From contig CM059425.1 in NCBI GenBank assembly GCA_030390025.1, positions 169,200,001-169,264,000 of the forward strand: 64,000 nucleotides of DNA, written 5' to 3'. Origin of the DNA: Squalus acanthias (Eukaryota). Positions 1 to 11,631 of the stretch are shown here, piece after piece. A program made the translations under genes and the position numbers. The first letter of the stretch is position 1. Every line of letters starts with the position of its first letter. A model generated the notes under the pieces. The model saw only the letters and a program-made list of their open reading frames with translations. It was not told the DNA's origin and searched no databases.

Positions 1-695
1 CCTACGTATGGAGGCAGAGGCCATGGCTGAGGTACTAACTGAATACTTTGCATCTGTCTTCACCAAAGAAGAAGATGCTGCCAAAGTCATCGTGAAAGAG
101 AAGGCAATGGAAATACTGGATGAGATAAAAATTGATAAAGAGGAAGTACTAGACAGGCTGGCTATACTTAAAGTAGATAAGTCACCAGGACCATATGGGA
201 TGCATCCTAGGATGCTGAGGAAAGTAAAGATGGAAATTGCGGAGGTACTGGCCATAATCTTCCAATCCTCCTTAGATATGGGGGGTGGTGCCAGAAGACT
301 GGAAAATTGCAAATGTTATGCCCTTGATCAAAAAAGGGTGTAAGGATAAACCCAGCAACTACAGGCCAGTCAGTTTAACCTCGGTAGTGGGGAAGCATTT
401 AGAAAAGATAATCTGGAACAAAATTAACAGTCACTTGGGCAAGTGTGGATTAATTAAGGAAAGCCAGCACGGATTTGTTAAAGGCAAATCATGTTTAACT
501 AATTTATTCAGTTGTTTGATGAGGTAACAGAGAGGGTTGATGAGGGCAATGCGGTTGATGTGGTGTACATGGACTTCCAAAAGGCATTTGATAAAGTGCC
601 ACATTATAGGCTTGCCAGCAAAGTTGAAGCCCATGGAATAAAAGGGACAGTGGCACCATGGATACGAAATTGGCTAAGTGACAGGAAACAGAGAG

Positions 696-1158
696 GTTTT
701 TTAAAATTTGTTCATGGGATGTGGGCGTCGCTGGCAAGGCCAGCATTTATTGCCCATCACTAATTGCCCTTGAGAAGGTGGTGGTGAGCCGCCACCTTGA
801 ACCGTTGCGGTCTGTGTGGTGAAGGTACTCCCACAGTACTGTTAGGTAGGGAGTTCCAGGATTTTGACCCAGCGACGATGAAGGATCGGCGATATACTTC
901 TAAGTCAGGATGGTGTGTGACTTGGAGGGGAACTTGGAGGTGGTGGTGTTCTCATGCGCTTGTTGCCATTGTTTTTCTAGGTGGAAGAAGTCGTGGGTTT
1001 GGGAGGTGCTGCTGAAGAAGCCTTGGCGAGTTGCTGCAATGCATCTTGTAGATGGTACACACTGCAGCCACGGTATGCCGGTGGTGGAGGGAGTGAATGT
1101 TTAAGGTGGTGGATGGGATGTCAATCAAGTGGGCTGCTTTGTCCTGGATGGTGTCGAC
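696..1158 (-). mobile_element. 5'-truncated 3' end of the second LINE family (CR1-Zenon/Crack-like), inserted in CR1
   Basis: DTIQDKAAHLI...HSLHHRHTVAAVCTIYKMHC. Nearly identical to 16710-17165 and 51525-51990. The host CR1 resumes at agagtagtggtgaac. Confidence 0.88.
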
Positions 1159-1268
1159 TCTGTAGACGCTGGTTAGAGTAGTGGTGAACAGTTGTTTATC
1201 GGACTGGAGGAAGGTACACAGTGGTGTTCCCCAGGGGTCGGTACTAGGACCACTGCTTTTCTTGATAT

Positions 1269-2074
1269 TGTAAGGGGTTTTCTCTGATACAGGTCCCCCG
1301 TTACACACAGTTCTTGCATGTCAGGATTTATCAGAACAAAATACACACGCACAGGGTTTTGGCTCAACCTTCGATTCTTTCGTTTATTGGACACACACAC
1401 ACAATTACTTCCCCAGTATAAATCCCTACGATTTATATCAGGCTAACAACCCCAAATTACAAACCCCTATGCAAGGGTCATTTGCATCGACACAATATGA
1501 CACAGTTAAACCCGTCCGCGATTTGACTGTTATATATAAAGTTACCCAGACTCAATCACAAAACCCTTATTGTGATCTGACTGAAACTCACAAACTTACT
1601 CGGACTCAATCACAAAAGCCCCCTCTATGATTTGGCTGAAACATACAATCACCACTCCTGATCGGCTGTCTCTTGGAGTTGATTGTAGGCCCGAATCTTT
1701 CTGTTCGTTGTTCTGCTGTCGGCTTCCCCCCACTGTCTTCAAAGTGAACTTACTTTAAACCAAAACCAACTTGCAGTATTTCCTGGCCCCCTCCTGAGCA
1801 TACGATTCATTCGTATACAAAAGGTTCGAGGCCCAGCCCATTGTCTAGGCCTGCACTGATACTTGTTATTCGGGGGCCATGGTCTAAGGTGGGCAATGTA
1901 ACCCCTTAAGGTACATGAATATGCGGATGTTCTTGTTCAGATTTTATATTCGTAGTTTCGGCTGCAATGTTTGAATTAACCCTATATTGCCGAGTCCTTT
2001 TTGCGGGCTCTGCAGTTCTGGGTTTTCATATTTTATCGTCCAATATTTTTACCGTTGGGGGGGAGGATCCTACA
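1269..2074 (-). mobile_element. Solo LTR (about 806 bp) inserted in the CR1 RT
   Basis: TGTA...TACA ends; flanks atat/ataa form a near 4-bp TSD. It splits the CR1 codons LFLI|(Y)NDLD and has a minus-strand AATAAA near 1383. Confidence 0.75.
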
Positions 2075-4550
2075 ATAATGATTTAGACTTGGGTGTACAG
2101 GGCATAATTTCAAAATTTACAGATGATAAAAAACTTGGAAGTATAGTGAACAGTGAGGAGGATAGTGATTGTCTTCAAGAGGACATAGACAGGCTGGTGG
2201 AATGGGTGGACACGTGGCAGATGAAATTTAATGCAGAAAAGTGTGAAGTGATACATTTTGGTAGGAAGAACGAGGAGAGGCAATACAAACTAAAGGGTAC
2301 AATTCTAAAGGGGGTGCATGACCAGAGAGACCTGGGCGTATGTATATGTGCACAAATCGTTGAAGGTGGCAGGGCAGGTTGAGAAAGCGGTTAAAAAAGC
2401 ATAAGGGATCCTGGGCTTCATAAATAGAGGCATAGAGTACAAAAGCAAGGAAGTTATGAAGAACCTTTATAAAACACTGGTTCGGCCTCAACTGGAGTAT
2501 TGTGTCCAATTCTGGGCACCGCACTTTAGGAAGGATGTGGAGGTTTAGAGAGGGTGCAGAAAAGATTTACAAGAATGGTTCCAAGGATGAGGGACTTCAG
2601 TTATGTGGATAGACTGGAGAAGCTGGGGTTCTTCTCCTTAGAGCAGAGAAGGTTGAGAGGAGATTTGATCGAGGTGTTCAAAATCATGAGAGGTCTAGAC
2701 AGAGTAGATAGAGAGAAACTGTTCCCATTGGCGGAAGGGTCGAGAACCAGAGGACACAGATTTAAGATGATTGGCAGAAGAACCAAAGGCGACATGAGGA
2801 AAAACATTTTTACTCATCGAGTGGTTAGGATGTGGAATGCACTGCCTGAAAGGGTGGTGGATGCAGATTCAATCATGGCTTTCAAAAGGGAATTGGATAA
2901 GTACCTGAAGGAAAAAAATTTGCAGGGCTACGGGGAAAGGGCGGGAGAGTGGGACTAGCTGAAGTGCTCTTGCAGAGATCCGGCATGGGCTCGATGGGCC
3001 GAATGGCCTCCTTCTGTGCTGTAACCATTCTATGATTCTACTTCATTACTTCCCCATTTATCCATCCACTGTTGACACTCACCCCAATCCTTATGCAGTG
3101 TGATGCATGTGGCTCATAGTCACCCTCACCAAATGTACTGCATCTATCGGGTGAATGCCTCACCTTCACTCACTCACAGGTCTGTTTTTTTCACCCCTTG
3201 TAGGAGAAGAGAGTGCAAAATGCAAGGGTGAGGGCGAGGAATGGAGGTGGGCTACAACAAATAGTCCAGCTAACAGATGCAGAGGAGGATGTCGTGGAGA
3301 TAAGTGGCACATTTGTGTCTGATTGAGATGGAGAGACAGGGAACTCACAGATAGCTGGTGACATAATTACAAATATCTCTGACACACAGATGCTGACTTC
3401 ATTTCATCAATGACTGAATTATGAGAAGACTGATTATGGTGACTGTCAAGATTTTATATTTGCCTAGACTAAATCATATCCCTTTCTTTCATCTTCCAAG
3501 CCCTTCACATGTACAGCAAGTGTCACAGGACATCCATGAGGATGATTCCTGAGGACCTCACTCCTTCTGAGGGTGCACCGTCACAGGATGTACAGCCTTG
3601 CACTAGCGCAAACACTCACACTTCAGTGGGTCCAGTTAGAGAGTTAGTTGTGTTTTCACCTGGTAATTCACACCTCACACGTGCGCATAAGTGGACACTG
3701 GTGGCAGGGATAGCTGTGGAGAGGGGGTGCAATCCTCTCCAAGCCCTGCTCAGCTGGACATAGATACTGAACCCTGGGGGCTATCGTTGGGAAGGAGAAT
3801 GCTAGAGATGCACCAGCAAGGTACTGACAGACGTGCTACGCGCACTCTCCACAATAGCGGAGAGGATGGAGCAGTCCAACTCGATTGCTAGTGGATTGGT
3901 GGCACAGGAAATTGTATGAATGCCTACCATGGAGAGAGAGTGCACCTCCATGTAGCTTCAAACAAGGCTCTCAAATCAGTGCATGCAGGCCATGACCACA
4001 GCTGTGCAGACTTTGGATATCACCTTGTCTGCTGCCTTAAACAGGATGATAGATACCATATCCATGGTCATATAGCGCGTCACTGATCTGCACCAAGCTG
4101 CTCTCCAGCCGAGTGGAAGGAGTGATGTGGTGCTGGTCCAGGAGAGGGATGATGGCAAAAGGGGACTTGGAAGTGGGAACTCCACTCAAAGCACTCCCAC
4201 TTCTCGACCATTGCCCTCCCCTCAGCCAGTGCCAGACATGCTGCATCATCATGATGAATGTCAAAAACATGCCGGGATCCATTGGACAGATGGGCAATGG
4301 GTGGATGAGCGGGTGGATCGCAGTTTCAGCTGTGACTCAGCGGGTAGCACACTCGCCTCTGAGTCAGAAGGTTGTGGGTTCATAGTCCCACTCCAGGAAC
4401 TTGCACACATAAAGCTAGGCTGGCACTCCAGTGCAGTGCTGAGGGAGTGCTGCACTGTCGGAGGTGCCGTCTTTCTTTCTTTCTTTTAGTGCAAAGGGAG
4501 GGTGGGTGGGCGGGGGTGGGAAGGTTGGTGCTGGTGGTCGGAGCGGACTG

Positions 4551-5280
4551 CAGGACCCTCGGAAGGACAGAGGATCAGAGGGATCTTGGTGTGCATGTAC
4601 ATAGATCTCTGAAGGCAGCAGGACAGATAGATAAGGTGGTTAAAAAGGCATATGGGATACTTGCCTTCATTAGCCGAGGCATAGAATATAAGAACAGGGA
4701 GGTTATGATGGAGCTGTACAAAACGCTAGTTAGGCCACAGCTGGAATACTGTGTGCAGTTCTGGTCGCCACACTATAGGAAGGATGTGATTGCATTGGAG
4801 AGGGTGCAGAGGAGATTCACCAGGATGTCACCTGGGCTGGAGCGTTTCAGCTATGAAGAGGGACTGGACAAGCTGGGGTTGTTTTCCTTAGAGCAGAGAA
4901 GGCTGAGGGGGGACCTGATTGAGGTGTACAAAATTATGAGGGGCATAGATAGGGTAGATAGAAAGGAACTTTTCCCCTTAGTAGAGGGGTCAATAACCAG
5001 GGGGCATAGTTTCAAGGTAAGGGGCAGGAGGTTTAGAGGGGATTTGAGGAAAAACTTTTTCACCCAGAGGGTGGTTGGAATCTGGAACTCACTGCCTGAA
5101 AGGGTGGTAGAGGCAGGAACCCTCACAACATTCAAGAAGCATTTAGATGAGCACTTGAAACGCCATAGCATACAAGGCTACGGACCAAGTGCTGGAAAAT
5201 GGGATTAGAATAGACAGGGCTTGATGGCCGGCGCGGACACGATGGGCCGAAGGGCCTCTTTCTGTGCTGTATAACTCTAT
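4551..5280 (+). mobile_element. CR1 LINE 3' fragment
   Basis: QRDLGVHVHRSLK...LVRPQLEYCVQFWSP...RRLRGDLIEVYKI...FFTQRVV. Confidence 0.93.
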
Positions 5281-6112
5281 GGGCTCGAATTTCCAAGCCC
5301 CGTGGAGGCGGGAGTGGTGGGAAAATTGCAGGATCGGGGGGCACGTACCCATCCCGCCCCTAACCCGCCTCCATGCCAATGTCCCAGGAGGCGGGTACCC
5401 GACCTGTGCTGGGAGCCGCTTCCCCGAGGCGGGAAGGGGATTAGTGACAATTCACTGCCTGTTAACAGGTAGTTAACAGGCAGTTTTTTGGCTAATCCCT
5501 ATTTTTAGCCCTGAAGTGTGGGCTGCCTGACGGCCCCAAACCACGCCAAGTTAGCGAGGCAGACCGTCGGTCTGCAAGGCTTGGAGGGGTCGAGATGTCC
5601 GGTGTACAGGTGAGTGATGGGTGCATGAGTGCAGAGGTAAGTGTGTTTGGTGTGTGTAAAGTGTTTTAATAAGTTTTACTTACCTTTACTTTCTCCTCCA
5701 GGCTTCCTCCCTTCAGTTCTCGGGAGTCCCTCAGCTCACCGGCACAGAAAGCAGGATGGCCGCTGAGCTGTCAAAAGCTGCAGCCTCTGCTTTCTGGTCT
5801 GGAGAGCTCTCTAACTGAGTCTGAGTAGAAGGACTCAAGTTAGAAGACAGATTGTCAGTGTTTGACAGCTTCACAGAGCTGTCAAACGCTAATATTTCAT
5901 CTGTCAAAAGCTCTTGACAGATGAAATGTCAATCACTGACATCACCAGTATCCAGGTGTCCTTTACTTGGCCTGCTGAGCCCACTGGGCGGGCTTAACAA
6001 GGTCAATCAAGGGAAAGTAGTGTGGGTTGGCCACAAATCGATGGAGGCGGGACTACAACCCAAAAAGTGGGAGTCCCGCCTCCATCACGTCCCCATTGAC
6101 AAAATCGAGCCC
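5281..6112. mobile_element. Non-autonomous Harbinger-type element (MITE)
   Basis: TIRs gggctcgaattt / aaaatcgagccc with 3-bp flanks tat/aat; inserted in the CR1 tail repeat. Confidence 0.75.
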
Positions 6113-7779
6113 AATGACTCTATCTATGAGATGAGACGTTAAACTGAGGCCCCGTCTGCTCTCTCAGGTGGATGTAAAAGATCCCAAGGCACTATTTCAA
6201 AGAAGAGCAGGGAAGATATCACCGGTGTCCTGGCCAATATTTATCCCTCAACCAACATAACAAAAACAGATTATCTGGTCATTATCACATTGCTGTTTGT
6301 GGGACCTTGCTGTGTGCAAATTGGCTGCCGCGTTTCCCATATTACAACAGTGACTACACTCCAAAAGTACTTCATTAGCTGTAAAGCGCTTTGAGATGTC
6401 TGGTGGTCGTGAAAGGCGCTATATAAATGCAAGTCTTTCCTTCTTTCTTTCAGTGCAAAGGAAGGGTGGGTGGGCGGGGGTTGGAAGGTTGGTGCTGGTG
6501 GTCGGAGCGGACTGCAGGATTTCATTTGTTATGTTTCACACTAGGTGAACCTTTATGATATTGGGGCATCCCGGGCAGCAATGTAAGTGGCTGGTCTGGC
6601 GATTGGTGGCCCATCTTCATTTTCCTCCCCCTCCTCCTCCTGCTCCTCCTCCTCTATGTTTTTCTTATCCGAAGATGAGTGATGAGCCCCTTCGTCCTCC
6701 TCCACCTGCAAACCTCCCTGCTGATCCCACCACAGCATGTCGTCGCTGTCATGGATGGTGATGGTTTTTCTCTTCTAATGTGCTGTCAAACACATCCAAG
6801 GCACCTTCCATCCTAAACTTGTCAATTTGAAATCCTCAAAGGTTGAAAAAGCTGTACCCACACAAGCTCTCTCTGCCAAACATTTACCAGAGGGAACTGA
6901 GGCAGCAGCTGCAGTAAGAGAGATTTTACTCAGATGGGACAATGAGAAGTTTAAAAACCCACCTAAACTGCTGCTTAAACTCGCCTTTGTTTCCCTGATC
7001 AGTTTCCCGAGCCCTGGGAAATCTGGGCTTCGCGAGTAAAGATTGGAGCCAAGTTAAATTTTTTTTAAAAATACCTCATTAATGTCTCCTAAGGACCTTA
7101 ATTGTGTCAATAAGTACCTGCCTGCATCCAGTTAGGAATTCCCTAACTTCGGCGAGTAAGTTTCTCACCGGCATCCAAACACGCCTCCATTAAACCCAGA
7201 AGTGGGCGCGTTGAAGCCGGGTCGCACTCCCGCTTAAAAATCACCCGCTTCCAACCCACCCTATCCTGGGGGTTAAACTTCCACCCACTGTGTCTGAGTG
7301 TATTGGATCGCCTGGGGTAAGTGCATTGAGAAAAATCGGGCAGCGAGGATCACGCGATGTAAAGGAGCCATCGCAATTTTCTGTCCACTTGTAAATGGAA
7401 GTAATAATTGCTGACCTGGAAGGTGAGGTGTGGACGGGGAGCTTCTCATACCAGAAGATGGGCAGTAGGATGTGGAAGATTTATTTCATTTACTGGAATC
7501 AGTATTTGTGTGTAGTGCGGATCTGGGAGTGCAGCCGCAGGAGGGAAGTGTTGCAGTAAACAGGCTCCAGACAATGGGCCCAGGGTGCAAAGGAAGGAAT
7601 TGCTTCACTGATCCAAACTGAAAATAGGGTAGAAATATTTAAACCATTTCTTGCAATTGGTGCGACCCCTGACAGCAATGAGACAGAGGAATAGAACAAC
7701 TCTTCCTCTAGATTTTTAGATCAGAATTTACTCGTCCTCTTCACAGAATTAAGCTTTGAGAGACAGACAAATAACCAAG

Positions 7780-10700
7780 GCCAGAATTTTCCGGGGTGGT
7801 AGCGGACGCGATCGTTGGCGGGTCGGGTGGGAAAGCTGTTATTTTTGACAGTGGGTCATGAACCCGCTCGCTCGCACGCACGTGTCTTTCCCCCAGGCGC
7901 ATCTGTCATCGCGGAGCCGACCAGACCGGCAGCAGCCCAATTGAGATGATTATCTGGTAGTTTACAGGCACTTTAGAGGCTTTTTCCTTTTTAAACCTTT
8001 TCTGTTAATGTGGTGTCAAACATAAAAAAAATTATTTTCAACACCTTCCGGTCTTGGACAAATTTGTGTGCACCTTTGCGGGGGGTCACCATGTCTCACC
8101 ATTCACTGCAACTCACTAACCTTTACTTTTTAAAATTTCCCTGCATGGCCACGGGATTCACGCAGCTCGGGAACCACGTCTGTCAACCTGAGGCGGGAGT
8201 TCCATGGCCATTGCTCCAGCTGATTACTTGACAGCATCAAATGTACAGTAAAAACTCCCACCTGACAGATGATCACTTTCCTCAGGCAGAAACTGTTGCT
8301 CAGTCCATTTCCAGCACAGATTCTGCAGGCTGCAAGTCTTTCCAGCAAAGTCTCCATCCAGTCTCACCTCATTGTAAGAACTCTTTCACCATTGACAGAA
8401 TGCTTCTGTCATCTGTGCTTCACCTGCCATCTATTCCATCAACATGGGTGCTGTTTATACTGTCTCACCTTGGTCCTCAGAATCGGACCACAATGAGCCC
8501 CAACACCAGCAGCACCAACAACATCACCAACCTTCTCTGCAAACACCTGATGCTGCACAGAACAGAGAGCATCAGCACCTGACCACATTGCTGCCCGGGA
8601 GGCCAGGGATGGCCTCATCATAGAAACATAGAAGATAGGAGCAGGAGTAGGCCATTCGGCCCCTCGAGCCTGCTCCGCCATTTAATGAGATCATGGCTGA
8701 TCATCCAAATTCAGTACCCTGTCCCTGCTTTCTCCCCATATCCCTTGATCCCTTTAGCCTTAAGAAATATATTTAACTCCTTCTTGAATATATTTAGTGA
8801 ATTGGCCTCAACTGCCTTCTGTGGTAGAGAATTCCACAGGTTCACCACTCTCTGGGTGAAGAAATTCCTCCTCATCTCAGTCCTAAATGGCTTACCCCTT
8901 ATCCTTCGACTGTGACCCCTGGTTCTGGACTCCCCCACCATCAGGAACATCCTTCCTGCATCTAGTCTGTCTAGTCCTGTTAGAATGTTATAAGTTTCAA
9001 TGAGATCCCCTCTCATTCTTCTAAACTCTAGTGAATATAAGCCTAATCGACCCAATCTCTCCTCATACGTCATTCCTGCCAACCCAGGTACCAGTCTGGT
9101 GAATCTTCGCTGCACTCCCTCCATGGCAAGAACATCCTTCCTCAGATAAGGCGACCAAAACTGCACACAATACTCTAGGTGTGGTCTCACCAAGGCCCTG
9201 TACAACTGCAGCAAGACATCCTTGCTACTGTACTCAAATCCTCTCGCTATGAAGGCCAACATACCATTTGCCTTCTTAACCGCCTGCTGACCTGCATGCT
9301 TACCTTCAGCGACTGGTGCACAAGGACACCCAGGTCTCATTGCACTTCCCCTTTTCCCAATCTATTGCCGTTCAGATAATAATCTGTCTTCCTGTTTTTG
9401 CCACCAAAGTGGATAACCTCGCATTTATCCACATTATACTGCATCTGCCATGCATCTGCCCAATCACCCAGCCTGTCCAAATCATACTGGAGTTTCTCTG
9501 CATCCTCCTCACAGCACACACGCCCACCCAGCTTTGTGTCGTCTGCAAACTTGGAGATATTACATCTAGTTCCCTCGTCTAGATCATTAATATATATTGT
9601 GAATAGCTGGGGTCCTAGCACCGATCCCTGCGGTACCCCACTAGTCACTGTCTGCCACTTGGAAAAAGACCCGTTTATTCCAACTCTTTGCTTCCTGTCT
9701 GCCAACCAGTTCTCTATCCAAATCAGTACCTTACCCCCAATCCCATGTGCTTTAACTTTACATGCCAATCTCTTATGCGGGACCTTATCGAAAGCCTTCT
9801 GAAAGTCCAAATACACCACATCCACTGGTTCTCCCTTATCTATTCTACCAGTTACATCCTCAAAAAATTCCAGTAGATTAGTCAAGCATGATTTACCTTT
9901 TGTAAATCCATGTTGACTTTGTCCGATCCTGTCACTGTTTTCCAAGTGCTCTGCTATTACATCTTTTATAATGGACTCTTGCATTTTCCCCACTACTGAT
10001 GTCAGGCTTACCGGTCTATAATTCCCCGTTTTCTCTCTACCACCTTTTTTAAATAGTGGGGTTACATTAGCTGCCCTCCAATCCATGGGAACTGTTTCAG
10101 AGTCTATAGAATTTTGGAAGATGACCAGCAATGCATCTACTATTTCTAGGGCCACTTTCTTAAGTACCCTAGGATGCAGATTATCAGGCCCTGGGGATTT
10201 ATCGGCCTTCAATCCCGTCAATTTCCCTAACACCATTTCCCTACAAATACTGATTTCATTCAGTTCCTCCCTCTCATTAGACCCTATGTTCCCCGACATC
10301 TCTGGGGGGCCAGATTTACTTAACTTGATGCTGCCACATGCGCCAGGTTGGCACCACCCCACACCAACACCATAAAGCATCACTACAATGACCAAGCCAT
10401 TCCTTTCACACTCATCACCATTGTGGGGAGTATCGTTATGTCTCACCATTCACTGCAACTCACTAAGCCACTTCCAAAGGTGCACACAAATCTGTCCAAG
10501 ACCGGAAAGTGTTGAAAATAATTTTTTTAATGTTTGACACCACATTAACAGAAACTTTACATAAACATTGGATAAAACACCCAAGTGCCTACCCTTGTGT
10601 GTTGTTACTTGGTATGATTGCACTAGGATAAAGGTGAGTGTGAGGGATGGCTAGTGAAATGGGGATATGATATTGTAGGTAGAGAGAGAGGGATGGGTGG

Positions 10701-11319
10701 AGGTGCAAGGTATGTTGGTGTGTGTAATGATGTGCAGGAGTAGGTTAGAGAAGGCAGAGTGATGGGGATGTGATGAGAGGCACAGCAGGATGAGGTTGAA
10801 TGTGAGATCATTGAAACGTTTGCGGCACTGCACCCAGGTCCTCCTGACCACATCCCTGCTTGTGACCCCCTCTGCAATCTGCAACCAGGTTGTCTTGGCC
10901 CCCTGGGGAGGTCTCTTCTGCCCATCGGAAGAGAAGAGGACCTCCCTGCGTACTGTGACTCCCTCCATAAGCATATGGAGGGAGTCATCGGAGAACATGG
11001 GTGCAGCCCACTGCCTCTGTGCAGTCATTGTCAGTGTTTGCAGCACTCCAATGCTGTAGTGCACTGACAGCACTATGTTAGACTAAACTTCAAATGTAAT
11101 GTGGCCATGGTCCCTTCAAAGATCCCAGCTGAAAACATGTCATGAATGGCATCACCAGACGCGCTCCATCTCATTGGGCCGAGTAACGTGCTGGGTGGGC
11201 TTAATAGGCATCATTAAGGTAAGTTCATTTTGAACAGCGGGATGGAGCCAGCAGTGGGGTCGGGACCCGACATGGCCGCCGCCCGCACTGGACCCGCCGA
11301 AGTAAAGAAAATTCCGGCC
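7780..11319. mobile_element. PIF/Harbinger derivative with a Myb/SANT-like gene remnant (10651-11073, -) and a CR1 insertion
   Basis: TIRs ggccagaattttc / gaaaattccggcc with caa on both sides. ORF APMFSDDSLHMLMEGV...WLQIAEGV...RTWVQCRKRFNDL is trihelix Myb/SANT-like. Confidence 0.78.
8618..10302 (-). mobile_element. CR1 LINE (RT to 3' end), well preserved
   Basis: ORFs 9337-10449 and 8711-9340 carry the full RT motif set ([28 protein letters not shown]) with one frameshift. Confidence 0.95.
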
Positions 11320-11631
11320 CAAGGCTTTTGTAGGGTGAAGCCTATTCCCTGCCTTTACCCCGTCAGTTCTACAGGGTGGATTCAACATTCTTTTCTGATA
11401 CCTGGTCGAATGCTAGTTAGAGAAGCCAATTGCCAGTCTTGTCATAAAGAAACTTTGTTAAAGTTTTTACATACATGCCAAACTAGCAAAGTAGCAAAAT
11501 CTGACCAGCAGGTTCAAAACAGCTCTGAATATAGACCTAAGACATAAGGCGGGGTGGCGGCGGGGGGGGATGATTTTACAACTGCCAGCCACCTGTTACT
11601 CGCCTCACAAGCTCCTGTTCCACTTTCTAAT

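Larger units (their letters stand above)
1..3040 (+). mobile_element. CR1 LINE ORF2 remnant (RT to 3' tail), interrupted by two insertions
   Basis: Frameshifted RT motifs (KSPGP.GMHPR, NYRPVSLTSVVGK, YMDFQKAFDKVPH, SKFTDD, RRLRGDLIEVFKI) and an (ATTCTATG)n tail at about 3027-3040. Confidence 0.93.
4325..6440 (+). mobile_element. tRNA-headed Deu-domain SINE (SacSINE1-like), split into 4325-4474 and 6127-6440
   Basis: tRNA-like head (ggtagcacactcgcctctgagtcagaaggttgtgggttc) and tail ending gtgaaaggcgctatataaatgcaagtcttt. Collinear with the uninterrupted copy at 35855-36265. Confidence 0.8.
3041..7286. mobile_element. Degenerate PIF/Harbinger element (Myb/SANT-partner gene remnant on +, transposase-end remnant on -) hosting nested SINE, CR1 and MITE
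   Basis: After an AG near 3203, EKRVQNARVRARNGGGLQQIVQLTDAEEDVVEISG resembles the second exon of Harbinger Myb-like genes. A transposase-like end (YIAARDAPI) lies at 6553-6600 on -. TIR-like end ggttaaacttccaccc near 7286. Confidence 0.55.

Noticed and set aside
4372..5208. 278-aa ORF as a host gene
   Set aside because: It is a chance read-through of SINE head, duplicated flank and CR1 ORF2 3' end.
7458..7620. Candidate CIB1-like first exon (ATG GGC starts at 7458 and 7574)
   Set aside because: No EYQ-like end or suitably placed GT donor, and no similarity to CIB N-termini.
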